Assembly: GCA_965644315.1 (NCBI GenBank)
Contig: CBFFRQ010000042.1
Location: forward strand, 62,001 to 126,000
DNA: 64,000 nucleotides
DNA from: Caecitellus pseudoparvulus
Taxonomy: Eukaryota; Protista; Bigyra: Bicosoecida
Direction: 5' to 3'
Below are positions 47,520 through 60,353 of this stretch, piece after piece; position 1 is the stretch's first letter; each line of letters begins with the position of its first letter. The notes beneath the pieces are model-generated. The model saw nothing but the letters and a program-made list of their open reading frames with translations, ran no database searches and was not told where the DNA came from. Position numbers and translations under genes: made by a program.

Positions 47520-50500
47520 TCAAGCACTGGGGCTGGTGACAGGCGCCTCCAAGCTGCCCCCCATGCCCCGTGCCGTCCCCTTCTCCTCCTCTTGCTGAGA
47601 TGCAAACACGTTGAAGATCTGCTCCAGGGTGGTCTGGCTCATGGAGTACGTCGCGATGCGCAGGTCATCCTTTGAGCCTTCCAGGGTTCCGAAAGCCTCA
47701 CTCAAGGGCATGTGCAGCTCGGGGAGCTGGAAGCGGAAGAACTCGCCGTGGCGCTCGACAAGCCGGCAGCCACGGAAGGATTCTTTCATGAACGCGTTCA
47801 GCCTCGCCCCCACAGTCTCAAAGGCCCACCAGTGTGCGAAGACGTCGACTGCCACGCTGCCTTGGCTGGCGAATGCCGCGGCGATAGCCCAGCCGCTGCC
47901 ATTTGCATGGATCATGGCTGCCCGCGAAGAGTCACCCAGGTGCTCGCACAAGTCCTTGACCCGCGTGGCTGAGATGCGGCCATCTGAAACGTACTCTGCG
48001 CATTCATCAACCACAGCTTGAATGCCCTCATCTGTCGCGTCTTGCAGCTTAACCTCCACCAAGTACCCCTTGCCGAAGCGGTTCTTGAGGTGCTGAATGG
48101 AGCCCAAACACCTGAAGCGACCGCCCACCATGATGCCGACCTGCTGGCAGAGAGCCTCGCACTCCTCCATGGAGTGTGTGGTGAGGATGATGCTGCACTC
48201 TTGCCGCGCCGTGGCCACCCGCGCGATGACATTCCACATGAACCGCCGAGCAACGGGGTCCATGCCAGTGCTGGGCTCGTCCAGGAACACAAGTGGCGGC
48301 TTGCCGATGAGGGAGATGGCCACAGACAGCTTGCGCTTGTTGCCACCGGAAAGCTGGCCTGCGCAGCGGTTCTCGAAGTGTGAAATGTTCATCTCGTGCA
48401 TCTTTGCCTGCACGACACTCTCCATCTTCTCGCTGGGGACACCCTTGATGCGGGCGTACAGTTCCAAGTGCTCGCGCACTGTGAGCAGCTCGAAGAGTGC
48501 GTCGAACTGAGGGCAGTACCCCAGCAGCCGTCGACATTCAATTTGGTCAGTGAGGATGTCTCGGCCCTGCAGCTTTGCCGAGCCAGATGTAGGCACGATG
48601 TCTCCGCTCAACATCTTCAACGTGCTGGTTTTGCCAGCGCCGTTGATGCCCAAGAAGCCAAACACCTGGCCCTTGGGGATGGAGAAGGTCATGTTGCGCA
48701 CAGCAGCTTTCGATCCGCCGAACACCTTGCGCAGGCCCTTCACGACGATGGCTTCTCCATCTGCCTGGCCGGACTCCACTCGCTGCCGTTCAGCAGCCAC
48801 GTCCTTGTCAACTTCAAATGTCGCCTCGGGCATGTCCTTGTCGGGCAGCAAGGTGGCGCGGATGGATGGGAAGGACAGCAAGACATCAATGCCCCAAGCC
48901 AGCAAGAAGTACAGCACAGACTCTGCTGCCATGTAGATGACGGGCCACCCAGCGACTTCCAGGGAGAACGGCGTGAACTTCTGACTGTACTGTTGCTGCG
49001 CCGTCAACTCCCCGCAGTTGGAGTCGATGAAGGCCAGGCCCTTCATGAGGGACAGCTGCAGCAAGCCGTTGCCGAGTGAGTAGCCTGGGATGAGGCGGTA
49101 CACGAAGCGCAGGCCGCGGTCTGCCTTGCACGTCGAGGGGATCTGCTGCATGATGAAAGACGCCAGGAGCAGGATTACACACAGCAAGTTCAGGATCAAC
49201 ACAACCGTCTGGGCTGTGGAGTGTGACTTGAAGGCATATGACATGACGTACGTGAAGGCCGCCACGGACGTACCGTACAGCACGAAGAGAGCAATGACGC
49301 CTCCAATGGCTCCATCCTGCACGAGGTCCTTGATGCCAAAGGAAACAATGAGGATGACAGACAGGAAGCATGGGAGGAGGTAGTTGAGGATGTCCCACAC
49401 GAATGTGGAGGCCCAGTACGCGAAAATGGAGACACCGGAAATGAGCTGCTGGTGCTTCGCGTTGATCTCTCGCTCCTTCACAATGAATACGGCGAAGGAA
49501 GCAGGGATGAAGGCGAAGGCGATGGAGATGAACAGGACAGTCACGAAGCTGGTTGCTGCACTCAGGATGCCCTTCTGAGCTTCAGTGTAAGGGAAAGGGT
49601 GCGATGACACGGTGATGCTGCCAGCTGTGTCATCGCCGAGGGTGGCATTGTACAGCGTGGAGGTGAAGATGTTCAGGAACAGAGGCACGCCGTGGAAGAG
49701 GGTGGAGTTCACAAGCAAGGAAGCCGTGGCAGCAGCGCCCCCACCAGACCCCGGGAGCCCGTCACCCTTGTTTGGCTCGAAGAGAGGCAGCCAGAACGCG
49801 CCATACTTGCTGCTGGCAGAGGAGGACTTCTGCGACAGCAGCCACTGAGACAGTTGCCCGACAGAGGCGAGAATGTCAGAGCCGTTGGCCGGGTTGGGTG
49901 CCCAGAGCGCTGCCGCTCCGCTTGGGCTGGCTCCCAGCGCCGGGTTGGGCAGCAAACACTCAATGCTAAAGGAGGCATTCACACCAGCATCTGGGTACTC
50001 CTCAGGCAAGCCAGGGATGAGGGTGGCTGTGCCGTTCATCAAGTTAACGTCTGCGGCCCACATGGCTGCTTCGTTGGAGGACTTGACGCCCATGGTGTTC
50101 GATGGAATGGACAGGGTGGGGCCAGAAGCTGAGCCTCGAAGGGCGATGCCGTCCGCAGCGGAGGGGTCACTGCCAGGGTACACCACTGAGTAGGAAGCCG
50201 AGCTGCGAAGGCCAGGGTTCAAGTCCCGAGCAGACATGACCAAGGCAGGAGGGTTCAGGGGCGGGCTGACCTTGAGCAAGATGAGACCCGCCAGGAGAGC
50301 CAGCACGGGAATGAGCAGCTGGAAGACCATGGCCTTGCGGTCTCGCAACGCCACACGCATGCGCTTGAGGATGAGGGCATTGAAGTGAATCCAGAAGAAG
50401 TCCTGGTTATCCAACTCGGCGCCGCGGACATAGTCGTCCACCCATTCAGAGGATGATGACGAAGCCTCGAGGGCAGACGACACTTTCGTGGCTTTGCTGG

Positions 50501-53500
50501 ACCCGGCCTTTACGGCAGCAGCCCCGCCTTGCACGCTGCCAGCAGCAGAAGGCGCTGCCGCACCCCCTGCTGCAAGCTCTGGCACTGGCGTGCTACCGTC
50601 CGCGGGCGTGTGCATGTGCCCTGCAGCTGCGCCTAGCTCGGCGACTTTGAGGAAGACCTCCTCCAGAGTCGTCACGCCGATGCCATAATTGTCCACTTTG
50701 TACCCTGCGGCGGGGTCCTCCAGCTCCCGGAAGAGGTTGGGGAAAACCTCAGAAGAAGACATGGGCACTTGGAACGAAATCTCCATCCCGACGTTGGACA
50801 GCAGCTTGACCTTGGGCACGTGGCTTGCGATGAGGTCTTGCAGGGCCTTCACGTTGCACCCCGGCTTCTTCACGATGGTCAACGAGTACCCGACGCCGTA
50901 CAGGCGCTTCAGGAACATGGACGTGCCGCAGCACACAAGGCCACCCTCCGACATGATGCCGATGCGGTCACCCAGGATGTCAGCTTCGTCCATGAAGTGC
51001 GTCGTGAGCACCATGATGCGCCCAGCACGAGCGTTCTGCAGGATCTGCCACGTGGAGCGGCGGGAGTACGGGTCCATGCCCGAGGTGGGCTCGTCCAGGA
51101 ACACGATCTTGGAGCCGCCGATGAGGGCGATGGCGACAGACAGCTTGCGCTTCTGGCCTCCGGAGAGCTGGGATGACAGGTAGTCCACCTTCTCTGTCAA
51201 GCCCACTTCCTGGATGATGCTGTCCACGGCCTCTGGAATGTCCTTCGCGGCCACGCCCTTGATGCCAGCGAAGTACTGCAGGTGCTCCTTCACGGTGAGG
51301 TCGTCCCACAGGACGTCGTGCTGGGGGCAAACTCCGAGGTTCTGCCGAATCTCGCGCAAGTCGCTGCCCAGGTCCAAGCCGTTGATGGTGGCCTTGCCAC
51401 CTGTCAGCGGCAGCAGACCAGTCAACATGGAGATCGTGGTGCTCTTTCCAGCGCCGTTGTGCCCGAGGAGGGCGAAGATCTGGCCCTCGTACATGTCCAC
51501 AGTCAAGTTGTCCACAGCAGTCTTCACGCCATCGGGCGCTTCGAACTCCTTGCGCAGGCCGCGAACCTTGATGCAGCGGCCTTGCTCACCCAAGGTGCGC
51601 AGGCTGCTGCCTGCGGCCTCGTACGTGCTGGGGTCCACTCCTGCCGGCACTCCAGCGACTGACGGGTACTGCTTCTGGCCATCCTGGCCAAGGAGGCCCT
51701 CCTTGAGGGTGTCGGTGAGAGGCGTGAGCTGGACGCCGTCTTTGCTGTCATCATTGCACGTCGACGTGCGGCCGCGGGAGCCACACCAGAAGGAGGGCGT
51801 GCATGGGAAGTACCACGGCCGCTGCACTCCGAACTCCGAGGGGAAGACTTGGTCCACGTAGTAGCCGAGGATGGTGTAGATGAAGAAATCCAAGAACATC
51901 ATGAGCATGCCGTGGCCCAAGGAGAAGTTGCCGTACAACTCGTACAGCGTGCCCCACGTGGCCCCAACGTCGTTGGACTCGAGCGTAGCGAGGACATTCA
52001 TGTTCAGCCCAAAGGCAGTGGGGGCCAGGAGGGAGGCGGCGATCTTGGCACCGAGGGGTTTCGTGTCATCATTCACGGTGTAGTACGGGAAAAACCCTGC
52101 AATGAACAGTACCGTGCCCACCACGGCTGCCAGCTTTGCCCGCGAGAAAAACGCGGCGATGAGGAAGCACAGGGCGACGGAGGAGAGCCCGAAAAGCCAA
52201 AAGTTCACGAAGAGCAAGAAGAAGTTCGAGTGCGAGAAAATGTTGCCCGCAGTCAGGGCCGTGACCAGCACCGCGACGAAGGCGAAAATGACTGAGTAGG
52301 TGATGTACCAAGCCGTGAACAGCTCCACCTCACCCATGCCCATCATGCGCATGCCTTCGCGGATGCGGGTCTCCTTCTCTTGCACAATGGATCGAATGAG
52401 GACGAACGCAGGGTACAGGAAGGCCATGAGGAAGAGCAGCGCAAAGACGTTCTTTGCTGCGTCGTAGAAGGGGCTCTCCTTGAAGCCCGACACGGGGAAG
52501 GGCGTCACAGTCACGCCTTGAGGCGCAAAGGCAGACGACTTCAGCAGCCCATGCGTGACATGCTCCTGGAACGCCTGGGTGGCTGTCGGGATGGTGGAGT
52601 TCTGGAAGATGGCGGAGTGGTTGGTGCAGCCCCATGTGACAGCGAACGCAGCCGCCTCCTCCTGCACTGTCAAGAAGTCCTTTGGCTGTGTCCGGTTCAC
52701 GATGAACTTATCCACTGCCAACTGGATGCTGGAGAAGCCCGCGATGTCCATGGGCGGGATGCCCGCCTCCCTATCTGCCTTGGAGGTGTCAGGGGAGGTG
52801 AACAGGAAGTTCTGCAAGTTGGCCAGCTTCAGCCCGCGCTGCAAGTTGTCCGAGACGCTGGCAGTGGTGGGAGTCGCCGTCAAGTTCATGCGCACAGTGT
52901 ACGACCAGTGAGGCGGACCGTCCGTGAACACCACAGCTGCGTACAGCTCTGGCAAAGCGGCGTCTCGGCCGTACTTGGACTGCATCGTGTACTTCACCAG
53001 CTCGGCTTCCGAGGGGAACTCCTTCAGCGTCTTGGGCCCCCATGCAGGGACACTAGGCACGTCTACGTATGGGAAGATGTTCACAGCCGGCGTCAGCGTC
53101 CCGTTCACGTCTGTAGCCGGCTGCACAAAGTGTGAGCAGTTCAACGGTGCCGCCTGCGCTGCTGACAGGCCAGGGTATGCATCTGCCAGGTGGTCCTTGA
53201 ACTGGGACAGGAGGGCAGGCGGACCAACCAGCGCCATGCGTTGGTCCAGCTGTTCCAGGCGCTTGGGGAGGTACACGAAGTCAGCCTTGCCTGTGGGTTC
53301 GGGCACCGAGGGGGGTGTGATATGTGCTTGCTTTGCGCGGCAGCGTGGGGAAGCGGTCCACGCACTTGTCGAGGGGCTGAGAAAGGCCGTGTCACATTCA
53401 TACGTGGCTGTCGGGATGTCCTTGGTCTTGGAAAAGTAGTACAGCAGCACGAAGAGAGCGCTGATAATGACGGGGGAGCAAATCTCACAGAGAGTCCCAC

Positions 53501-53776
53501 CCCAGTTCCGTGTCTTTTGGCTGCAGGGTTCGCGGTGGCGTGCAGTGAGTTGCCTTGCAGTCAGCTGGCTACAGGGTAAGCAGCCCCCTGCTGCGCGTGG
53601 AGCACATAGGGGCGGCAAGGGACAGGGCGCGACACACAGCCGCACGCTGAAGGTGCGGCGGAAATTGAAGCAGCACCTTGCCACGGGTTCCGCTGGACAA
53701 GCGCTCGCGGGCGACCCGGCACGCACATCCGATTCTTCCACAGATACAACGCAAGGTTTCGACAGGCGTGAGGCAT
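47520..53776 (-). CDS. ABCA-subfamily full transporter
   Basis: Start 'MPHACRNLALYLWKNR|IQKTRNW'. 'IVQEKETRIREGMRMMG'. NBD1 GHNGAGKST/LSGGQKRKL/FLDEPTSGMDP. NBD2 GINGAGKTS/LSGGNKRKL/DEPSTGMDP. 'SQTTLEQIF'. Confidence 0.96.
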
Positions 53777-54260
53777 GGTGATCGCTGCCTGTGCCAAGGC
53801 CTTGGGGCGCCGGTGAGGAAGAGGAGCTCCCAGTTGAGAGACGAAGCGCCCTGGCGCAGGCGGAGCGAAGCAGCGGGGGCAGTAGCAGGCAAGGCAGGGG
53901 CAGTGGGACTGCCACACATGCCCGGGCAAGGTACCTGAGCTGTGTGCCTGTGTGGAGTACGTAAAAAGTGCACCGTCGGTGCAACTGGGTGTGGTGCTGA
54001 GTGTTGACAAACGTAGACGCTTGCTGCAAGATGTGGAGTGCGGTTGCTGTGCTCTTGACGGGCGCGGTATTCCGGGAAGGTAGTGCTGCACCAAGACAAG
54101 GACCCATAAAAACCAAACCCCCGACACGCGGAAGGATCGGATTCCATCCTTGCAGCGTGCCACTGTGCTCAGGACCGCTGCTTGCTTTGGGTCGCAGGCG
54201 CGCCTCGTTGGGCGTTTCAGGTGTGAAACGGCAGGCGGCGTTGTGTTGCAGCAAGCCAAG

Positions 54261-56063
54261 ATGGCGCACGGGTATGTTCCATCTCCAGGCACTGCCCCAT
54301 CCATGACCTTTGCTCGTGGCTTGATATCTCCCGCTTCAGGCGATGTGAGGCGGCAGTCCGTCTCACGTGTTGGGAGCAATTTATCGGAACTCAACGCGTC
54401 CCTTCGCCAAGCCTCCAGAAGACACGGCGGCTCCTACAGCAGCCATTTCACGCAGCCGTTGTCAGGGCGGGAGGGAAGCGTCAAAACCCCACAATCAAGG
54501 AGTGTGTCTGGTGCTCTTCCCCCTGTCAAGCCCGCACGGCCGCAGGGAGATGTTGACGCTCGCCTGGATGCTCTGGCCGCCTCCATGGCATCGTCCCCTT
54601 CACAGCAGGCGGCCACCTCCTCTGCGCCGGCGCAGGCGCCACCTCGCCATTTCCCACCTGCACCTAACCGCCCCCCATCTCGCCAGCGGGAAGCATTCGC
54701 GACCTCAGGCATGGGTGACGTGGAGCCACGCAGGGCGGCGTTTGCCGAGGTACCTGCCAGTGTGCCCTTGCCACGTGCCAACAGCCACCAAGGCACATCC
54801 AGTCGGCCAAGTAGCCGGGCAGGGGGAGGAAGGCCATTGTCTGCGCGCGGAACTGCCTTCCAGCGGGGCAGCGCGTCCCACCCGACGCCAGCCAGTGCGC
54901 CCAAGTCAGCGGGGCAGCACCGTGTGGCCTTCAGCGCCACAGCCGAGGTGGACGGCTTCACGTCAGCACCTATCACGTACAACATTCCCATCTTCGTCAC
55001 CCACAGCTCCAAGAAGCAGCGCTCCCATTCGGCTGTTGTGAGGAGCCAGCCTCGCCACGCCCCGCGCTCAGTGCGTCGGGGTACCAGTGCGCGGGCCAGC
55101 GGCCCTCCGCCACCTGCGCCTCCGGCGGCGAGCCAAGCACCCAAGGCAGTGCAGCAGCTGCTGGATGTAGACCGCGAAATGCTGCAGTGGGAGGCCTCCC
55201 TTGCCGCCCAGGCTGCCCCCAGCGGTGCACAGGGTGTCTCGTCTCCCGGGGCTGCCAGCGAGGGTGGGCAGGTACCGCCAATGAGCCCTATTACAGGTGC
55301 CCTGCGCGGCCAAGCGACAGAAGCTGCCGAGATGCACCAGTTTACAGTGCCTCCCCAGCCCCTGGCAAGGGTTTGGCAAGGGCGTGGCGGCGTCAGCCCC
55401 ACGTCCCAGGCATGGGACATGGCGCTACAGACCGGCGCCGAACGAGGTTTCCTGGCAGCGCCCCCGGTGCTGGCACCGCCTGCACAGCGCGTCGCTGAGC
55501 GTGACGATTCATGGGGCTCCTTTGTCTCTGGATCTGACTCTGAGGGGGCGGACGGCCGCCAGAGGTCTGCGACTCCCACACGGCGAGCAGACCGCCTGCC
55601 TCTGTTCCCCACGCCCTTGAAGGTGCCCCAGCCAGCTGTAGAACACACTCGGCGACGTGCCACAAGCGGCCATGCAAGACCCACCGGCAGCACAGCTGGC
55701 GGGGCTGCGCTGCCAACTGCTGCACGGCGGCGGGTCGTGTCTGCCGTGCCAGCCACGTATCGCAAGCCTGAAGGCAGCAACCTGACCGACGACTTCCTCG
55801 TCCTGTTTGCGCCAGTGACAGAGGAAGAGGGGGAGGCATCTCGCACGCCTGGCGCTGCGGCCTCGTCTCCTGGGGGCGAGGAGGCGTTCGAGCTGAGCGG
55901 GGTGATCGAGGACAACACGGGGGGCGTCCTGCATGGCATCGACACGTCATGGGGGGAGCCCTCCGGCGACTGCCAAGATGACGATGGAGTGGTTGAAGTG
56001 GTGTATGATGCAGCGGCACAGGCCCAGCTCGGTACCAGCCTTGTGCGTGGCCAGGGCTCCTGA
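54261..56063 (+). CDS. Hypothetical low-complexity protein
   Basis: About 600-aa Ser/Ala/Pro/Arg-rich ORF divergent from ABCA. No recognisable domain. Confidence 0.55.
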   Translation: MAHGYVPSPGTAPSMTFARGLISPASGDVRRQSVSRVGSNLSELNASLRQASRRHGGSYSSHFTQPLSGREGSVKTPQSRSVSGALPPVKPARPQGDVDARLDALAASMASSPSQQAATSSAPAQAPPRHFPPAPNRPPSRQREAFATSGMGDVEPRRAAFAEVPASVPLPRANSHQGTSSRPSSRAGGGRPLSARGTAFQRGSASHPTPASAPKSAGQHRVAFSATAEVDGFTSAPITYNIPIFVTHSSKKQRSHSAVVRSQPRHAPRSVRRGTSARASGPPPPAPPAASQAPKAVQQLLDVDREMLQWEASLAAQAAPSGAQGVSSPGAASEGGQVPPMSPITGALRGQATEAAEMHQFTVPPQPLARVWQGRGGVSPTSQAWDMALQTGAERGFLAAPPVLAPPAQRVAERDDSWGSFVSGSDSEGADGRQRSATPTRRADRLPLFPTPLKVPQPAVEHTRRRATSGHARPTGSTAGGAALPTAARRRVVSAVPATYRKPEGSNLTDDFLVLFAPVTEEEGEASRTPGAAASSPGGEEAFELSGVIEDNTGGVLHGIDTSWGEPSGDCQDDDGVVEVVYDAAAQAQLGTSLVRGQGS

Positions 56064-56204
56064 CCATCCTCCAGCCCAACTGCTGGCGACTGGGACACTT
56101 TCCAAGCCCTGGGAACACGACTAGCATGGGGCAACGGGTGGAGCTCCCACCGCTAAGTGTGAACAGTAATTCAGCCCCTGCTCTCGCCACCCTTGCTGCT
56201 GGCC

Positions 56205-56781
56205 ATGGCTTTGGCTTGTCTCGCAGCTCGGAGTGTGGTGCGGCAGGCTGTCAAAATCCGCACTGGCTTTGGCCTGGCCACGCGTGCGTGGCGTGCAGCG
56301 AGGTGAAGAAACACGCTGGCACGCCAAGTCTTGCTGCTGCCCTTCTCAGGATGCCAAAGCACTGTCCAAGTCGTGTTCATCACTCCCCAAGGCGAGCGTA
56401 TCAAAGCAACTGGGGAGAAGGGCTCGACTGTGCTGGAGGTGGCGCTGGATCATGGCGTGGACATCGAAGGCGCCTGTGGTGGCGAGTGTGCGTGCTCGAC
56501 GTGCCACGTGATCGTCCAAGACCAAGCCAAGTTCGATATGCTGCCGCCCATTGAGCTGGAGGAGGAGGACATGTTGGACTTGGCTGCTGAGCTGGAAGAC
56601 ACGTGAGCCTGGCGAAGTCGCAGCCAAGCCTGCCACTGCCGGGGCAAGCACCCGCTCCGCGCGCGCCCTGCACAGATCGAGACTGTGCTGCCAGATCGTG
56701 TTGAAGCCGGAGCTTGACGGCATGGAGCTGCGCCTGCCCTCCACTGTGCACAGCATGCTCGAAGATGAGTACAAGTCTTAG
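56205..56781 (+). CDS. Mitochondrial adrenodoxin-type [2Fe-2S] ferredoxin
   Basis: 'IEGACGGECACSTCHVI..EEDMLDLA..T|SRLCCQI'. Presequence MALACLAARSVVRQAVKIR. Two introns. Confidence 0.92.
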
Positions 56782-56823
56782 GCACCTCTCACAATGCATT
56801 TTTCACAGCAAGGGCAAACAGAG

Positions 56824-58270
56824 CTAGTCTGAAGAGGGCTGCCAGGAGGGGTTGGCTGCACGCCAGGCGAGGGCCTTGCGCAAGAATGCCACTGCTGCCT
56901 GCGACAGCTCCATGATGCGCATGGCATTGGCGGTTTGCACGAAGTGCAGGTTGGGCGCCAGCACGACGGCGAGAGCCTGTTCGCCCATGCGATTGAGGGG
57001 CTGGTTCTCAGCAACAGCCAGCAGCACGTCCACCAGCCACAGGAACAGGCCGCGCTGTGTGGGCGGGATGGCGTCTGCGTCCTCCAGCAGCCCCTGCACT
57101 GCGTCTGCGGAGCCCTTGCTCGCAGGCACGAGCTTGGCCTCCGGGAGGCAGTTTAGCAGCAGCTCCGGCTGCAGCTCCCTGAAGAAGAGCTTGATCAAGT
57201 TCGCAGCCACGTTGCAGTCCATCTGGGCCAAGGCTTGCGCGACGTCCCCCGTGTCGATGGCAGCGCGAGCGGCAGAGACCTTGGAGCCTTCCCCGGAGAT
57301 GCGAAAGATCCCCTCGCTCGTGAGCCCGCCGTGCTGTCGGACCTGCCCTGCCAAGAACAGCAGCACGTTCGGGATGCTGCCGTACCCTGCCAGGTGAGTG
57401 CAGGGCAGGTCAGCGAGCGGCACGGCAAACTGCTTGCTGTGCATCCAAGACGACGGAGCAGGGGGGGGCTGAAAGGGTGAAGTAGCGTCTTCATCCCCTG
57501 CGTCAGCTCCCCCCCCGCCGTGCTCGGCAGGTGAACCTTCCTGGGGGGCACCAGAAGCAGCACCCTCCGAAGCCGCTGGGCCAAGCACGCCAGACGCCGA
57601 TGCGCCCGAGGCGCTGGGCGCTGCGCTGGCGGCACGGCTGCCCTCAGCACCTCTGTCGCTATCAAGACCATCCTGTGCCGTCACTGCGTGCGAGCCTGCA
57701 CGCGGGCGCGTGTTTGGAGGGCTGGGCGTGCAGAGTGCGGTGTGGCAAGTCGCGCTGCGACGCGGGCCTCACCTTGGCCTGCACTGTCTGATCCTCGGGG
57801 AGACTTGGGGGGAATGTACCTGTTGATGATCAAGCTAATGCGATCAGCGGTGTTTGAGTCAGGGAAGAAGAAGCCGTAGGCCCCAGTGGCGTGCTTGTGG
57901 CGCTGAAGGGTGCAGAAGCGCTCCTTGTCGCTGCGGCGCCCCCAACGCCAGGAAGCCACAGACACGTTGTGCACGCCAAACAGCGAGCCGTCCTGAAAGT
58001 TCCCTTCCAACCGCATGGAATCCCCTGCTTTATTGATGTAGAACCTCAAGTCGCACCAGCTGGCAGAGCCCAGCGCAGACCAGCTGAGCGTGGATGGTGC
58101 ACCTGGCCGAAGGAAGGCAGCCGGCTGAGGTGTGCAGCAAGCCACGCGCTACCCCCCCCACAACGCGTCCACGCACCTGGAACAGTCCTCTTTTCACACT
58201 GGTGCACCACTGCATACACCCTCACCAGCATGGTGTAGTCTGGCAAGCTGGCGGCCGACTGGCCTGCCAT
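56824..58270 (-). CDS. RhoGAP with N-terminal EVH1/PH-like domain
   Basis: RhoGAP 'FAVPL..IPNVL..GGLTSEGIFRISG..AANLIKLFFREL..NRMGEQALAVVLAPNL'. Upstream exons 'VYAVVHQ..SWSALG..GAYGFFFPDSNTADRI'. Confidence 0.8.
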
Positions 58271-58471
58271 GGTGGCAAAGGGGTAAACCGCGACTGCTGC
58301 TACTCTGCCAGATGCCGGGGAAAGAGGTGCTTGGCGATGGTGGCGGCCACACACAGCCTTTCACATGGGCGGTGCAAGTCGTGAGTGGGTCGCAATTTGG
58401 GTGCATTGGTGCTCTGGCGCCCCAGGAGGGTGCCCAACTGAGCCGTCCACCCACTTGCAGAGAGCAGCACA

Positions 58472-60353
58472 TCACTTGCGCACAGTCTTGATGAGTTCCA
58501 CCTGGTCCACCAGTGCGCCGTTGGTGGCATTCAGGAACTTCCAGTGCAAGTGTGTCTCGTTGGACACGGTGAGGACCCCGTAGCCCCACTCTGAGCGCTT
58601 GATGACGTTCCAGTCGGCGGTCTTGTCACCGTAGTTCGTGACACCCTCGATGTTGCCACCGGCGCCAGACACCACGTATGCTGGTGCAGTGGGGTTGACG
58701 TATGTGCGCTGGGGCACGTTGTGCAGGGTGGGCCACTGGCGCTCATATGAGTGCACGTGTCCGCAGAAGTACCAGTCCACGCCGTACTTGTTGAAGAGGT
58801 CCTCGACAGCAGTCTGCAGGGCAGACGCCGAGCCCCCGGGCTTGCCATCGGACTGGTCATCAACGGAGTACACTGGGCGATGCCCAGCCACGAAGATCCA
58901 GGCAACTTCCCCTGCAGCGCGGGCGGCAGCAGCCTTCTTCAAGTCCGCCTCAAGCCACGTCATCTGGTCGCCAAAACCGCCGTTCTTGGGCATGAAGGGC
59001 AGGTAAGAGTCAGTGGGAGCACCGGGGTAGTCCGTCTCTGTGAGGGGAGGCGCCGGGCGAGAGGGGAGATCGTGGGGTCATCAGTCCGGGCGGCATGCGC
59101 GGCGAGGGGCTCACCGGTGTTGATGTTCACGAAGTGGACGTTCTTGTAGTTGAAGCTGTACCACATGTTCATCACCCCGCCGCTCTCAGCAGAGGGCATG
59201 CGGAAGCGCGTGTTGTATGCGGTGAAGTTGTGCAGCTTCTCAGCCAGGGAGTGGTCCAGCTGGCAGAAGCCGCTGTGGCACTCGGCTGCGGAAGGGGCGG
59301 GCGGCAGGCGTCACTGTACCCGCCCATGAAGGCAGTTGCTCGCCCTGCTCACCTTCGTGGTTGCCAGGCAGGGTCATGTATGCCTTTGTGGAGGCAATGC
59401 TCTGCATGCTCTGCATGTACGTGTTCCAGCGCTCCTCATACCCGAACTTGAGGGGGTCTGCGCGAAAAAGGTTGAGGATGTGCACTCCACACGCCAGCTC
59501 TTTAAATGGGGATGGTCCATACCTGCCAAGAAGGCGTCATCTGTAAAGGGAGGGGTGGTCAGACGGGGTGTGCTGCTCCTGTCGCGCTGGGGGATGGGGC
59601 GCGTGACCTACCAGCGTAAGAGATGTCGCCAACGTGCCAGATGAAGTCCTGATCATCCAGGTTCTTGTTCAGCAGAGCAATGGTGTCCTTGGAGTTGTCC
59701 ACACCCCTGTGCAGGCAGGGGCAGTGCGGATACCAAGGCTTGAAGTGCACTGCACCTGGATGCGTGGTGCATGTCACGGCGTGGCACGCACATCTGCGCG
59801 AGGAGGAGAGGGCGACGAAAGGTGGAGCATCAGGGGGCATGGCAGGACCAATTATTCCGCGGCAGCAGAGGCGTGTGACTGACATCTGCGATCGAGAAAG
59901 GGGCGGGGCCAGGTGCACAGTGGCGCACAGAACGTGAGCAGCCTGCCGAGCCGCACCTCCGTAAATTGCGACGCTCCAGGGGTCTGCCTTGGCCCCAATG
60001 GCAGGAGCTGCCACAAAGGATGCCTCAGCCGACCAGCCGCCAGCCTCATCGCCCGCAACGTAGTAGTACTTCTGCCCGGGCTCCAAGCCGGTGAAGGTAA
60101 CGTGGTGCGACACGGTGAAGCCGTAGGTTGCCTCACTGCCAGTGGCGGTGTGGGTGTACTGGCCAGGGGAGGTCCCGTACTTCACCGTGCTTGTGGCTGT
60201 GTTGCTGTCAGTCTGCCAGCTCACAGTCATGCCGTCTGAGCGCCCAGCAGCGTTGCCAGCGTAGGCGATGTGCACCTGACCAGGTGCGTTGGCGGCAGCT
60301 GACGCCACGGCCAAGATCGCCGCCGCGGCCAGCACGCTCATGAACGTCTTCAT
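58472..60353 (-). CDS. Secreted purple acid phosphatase (ACP7/PAP-like), intron-rich, with 2-nt, 2-nt and 18-nt micro-exons
   Basis: Signal peptide MKTFMSVLAAAAILAVASA, FN3-like N-domain, motifs (GDMG), GDISY, PGNHE, VAGHRP, GHVHSYER. Micro-exons 59884-59885, 59792-59793, 59523-59540. Confidence 0.93.

Noticed and set aside
53640-53655. Possible 1-nt micro-exon (CAG|C|GTGCGG, minus strand) in ABCA intron 1
   Set aside because: Including it breaks the frame with the evident acceptor. A single intron 53521-53726 already gives a sensible LWKNRIQKTR.
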